A stretch of 64,000 bases of DNA from Ramazzottius varieornatus (lineage: Eukaryota > Animalia > Tardigrada). The stretch covers positions 951,552 through 1,015,551 of the forward strand of contig BDGG01000011.1 of the NCBI GenBank assembly GCA_001949185.1. Reading direction: 5' to 3'. Shown piece by piece: positions 63,862 to 64,000 of this stretch. The notes under the pieces were generated by a model. That model worked only from the letters and a program-made list of their open reading frames with translations. It made no database searches and had not been told where the DNA came from. The translations under genes were made by a program, and so were the position numbers. Numbering within the stretch: position 1 is the first letter of the stretch; each line of letters begins with the position of its first letter.

Positions 63862-64000
63862 TTCAAAAAAGTTGACACAACAAGCTTTCTCCCCAAACTC
63901 TTTTGTTTAGTCCTGGAGATTCCAAAGTGCAGCATGCCGAAGACGAGATGAAGGACAAAAAAATATGAAACAAACGCTAAAATTTCCGTGGCACATGCTG

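Noticed and set aside
1-64000. Bacterial origin/contamination, tRNA or rRNA genes
   Set aside because: All host genes have spliceosomal introns. No tRNA/rRNA was recognisable by eye, though a covariance-model scan was not possible.

Overview
Eukaryotic (metazoan) genomic DNA, not prokaryotic. Genes are split by GT-AG introns, so most entries in the ORF track are exon fragments or spurious. Gene content, short introns and the divergent natriuretic-peptide-receptor-type gene suggest a small invertebrate such as a tardigrade (inference only). Genes I could reconstruct, left to right: (1) a 3-coding-exon, ~1178-aa fusion of a stonustoxin-like domain, FN3, a P-loop GTPase, a Cys/His cluster and a coiled coil (minus); (2) an intact DD37D/maT Tc1-mariner transposon; (3) a 4-exon secreted avidin-family protein with an unusual pro-region (minus); (4) a secreted PG[LI]Px[SA] hexapeptide-repeat protein (plus); (5) a STAP-like PH+SH2 adaptor (minus); (6) an Atg1/ULK-like Ser/Thr kinase (minus); (7) cytoplasmic dynein-2 heavy chain DYNC2H1 (~21 kb, minus); (8) POLD4 (minus) head-to-head with RBM42 (plus); (9) SIRT5 (minus); (10) a full-length decayed piggyBac whose transposase carries a spliceosomal intron; (11) a natriuretic-peptide-receptor-like single-pass protein lacking kinase and cyclase domains (plus). 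Introns and intergenic regions hold many MITE and foldback elements. The most interesting part is the 1.9-18.5 kb accessory block: the toxin-GTPase fusion, the pro-avidin and the hexapeptide structural protein. All family assignments are from motif recognition by eye; no database search was run.
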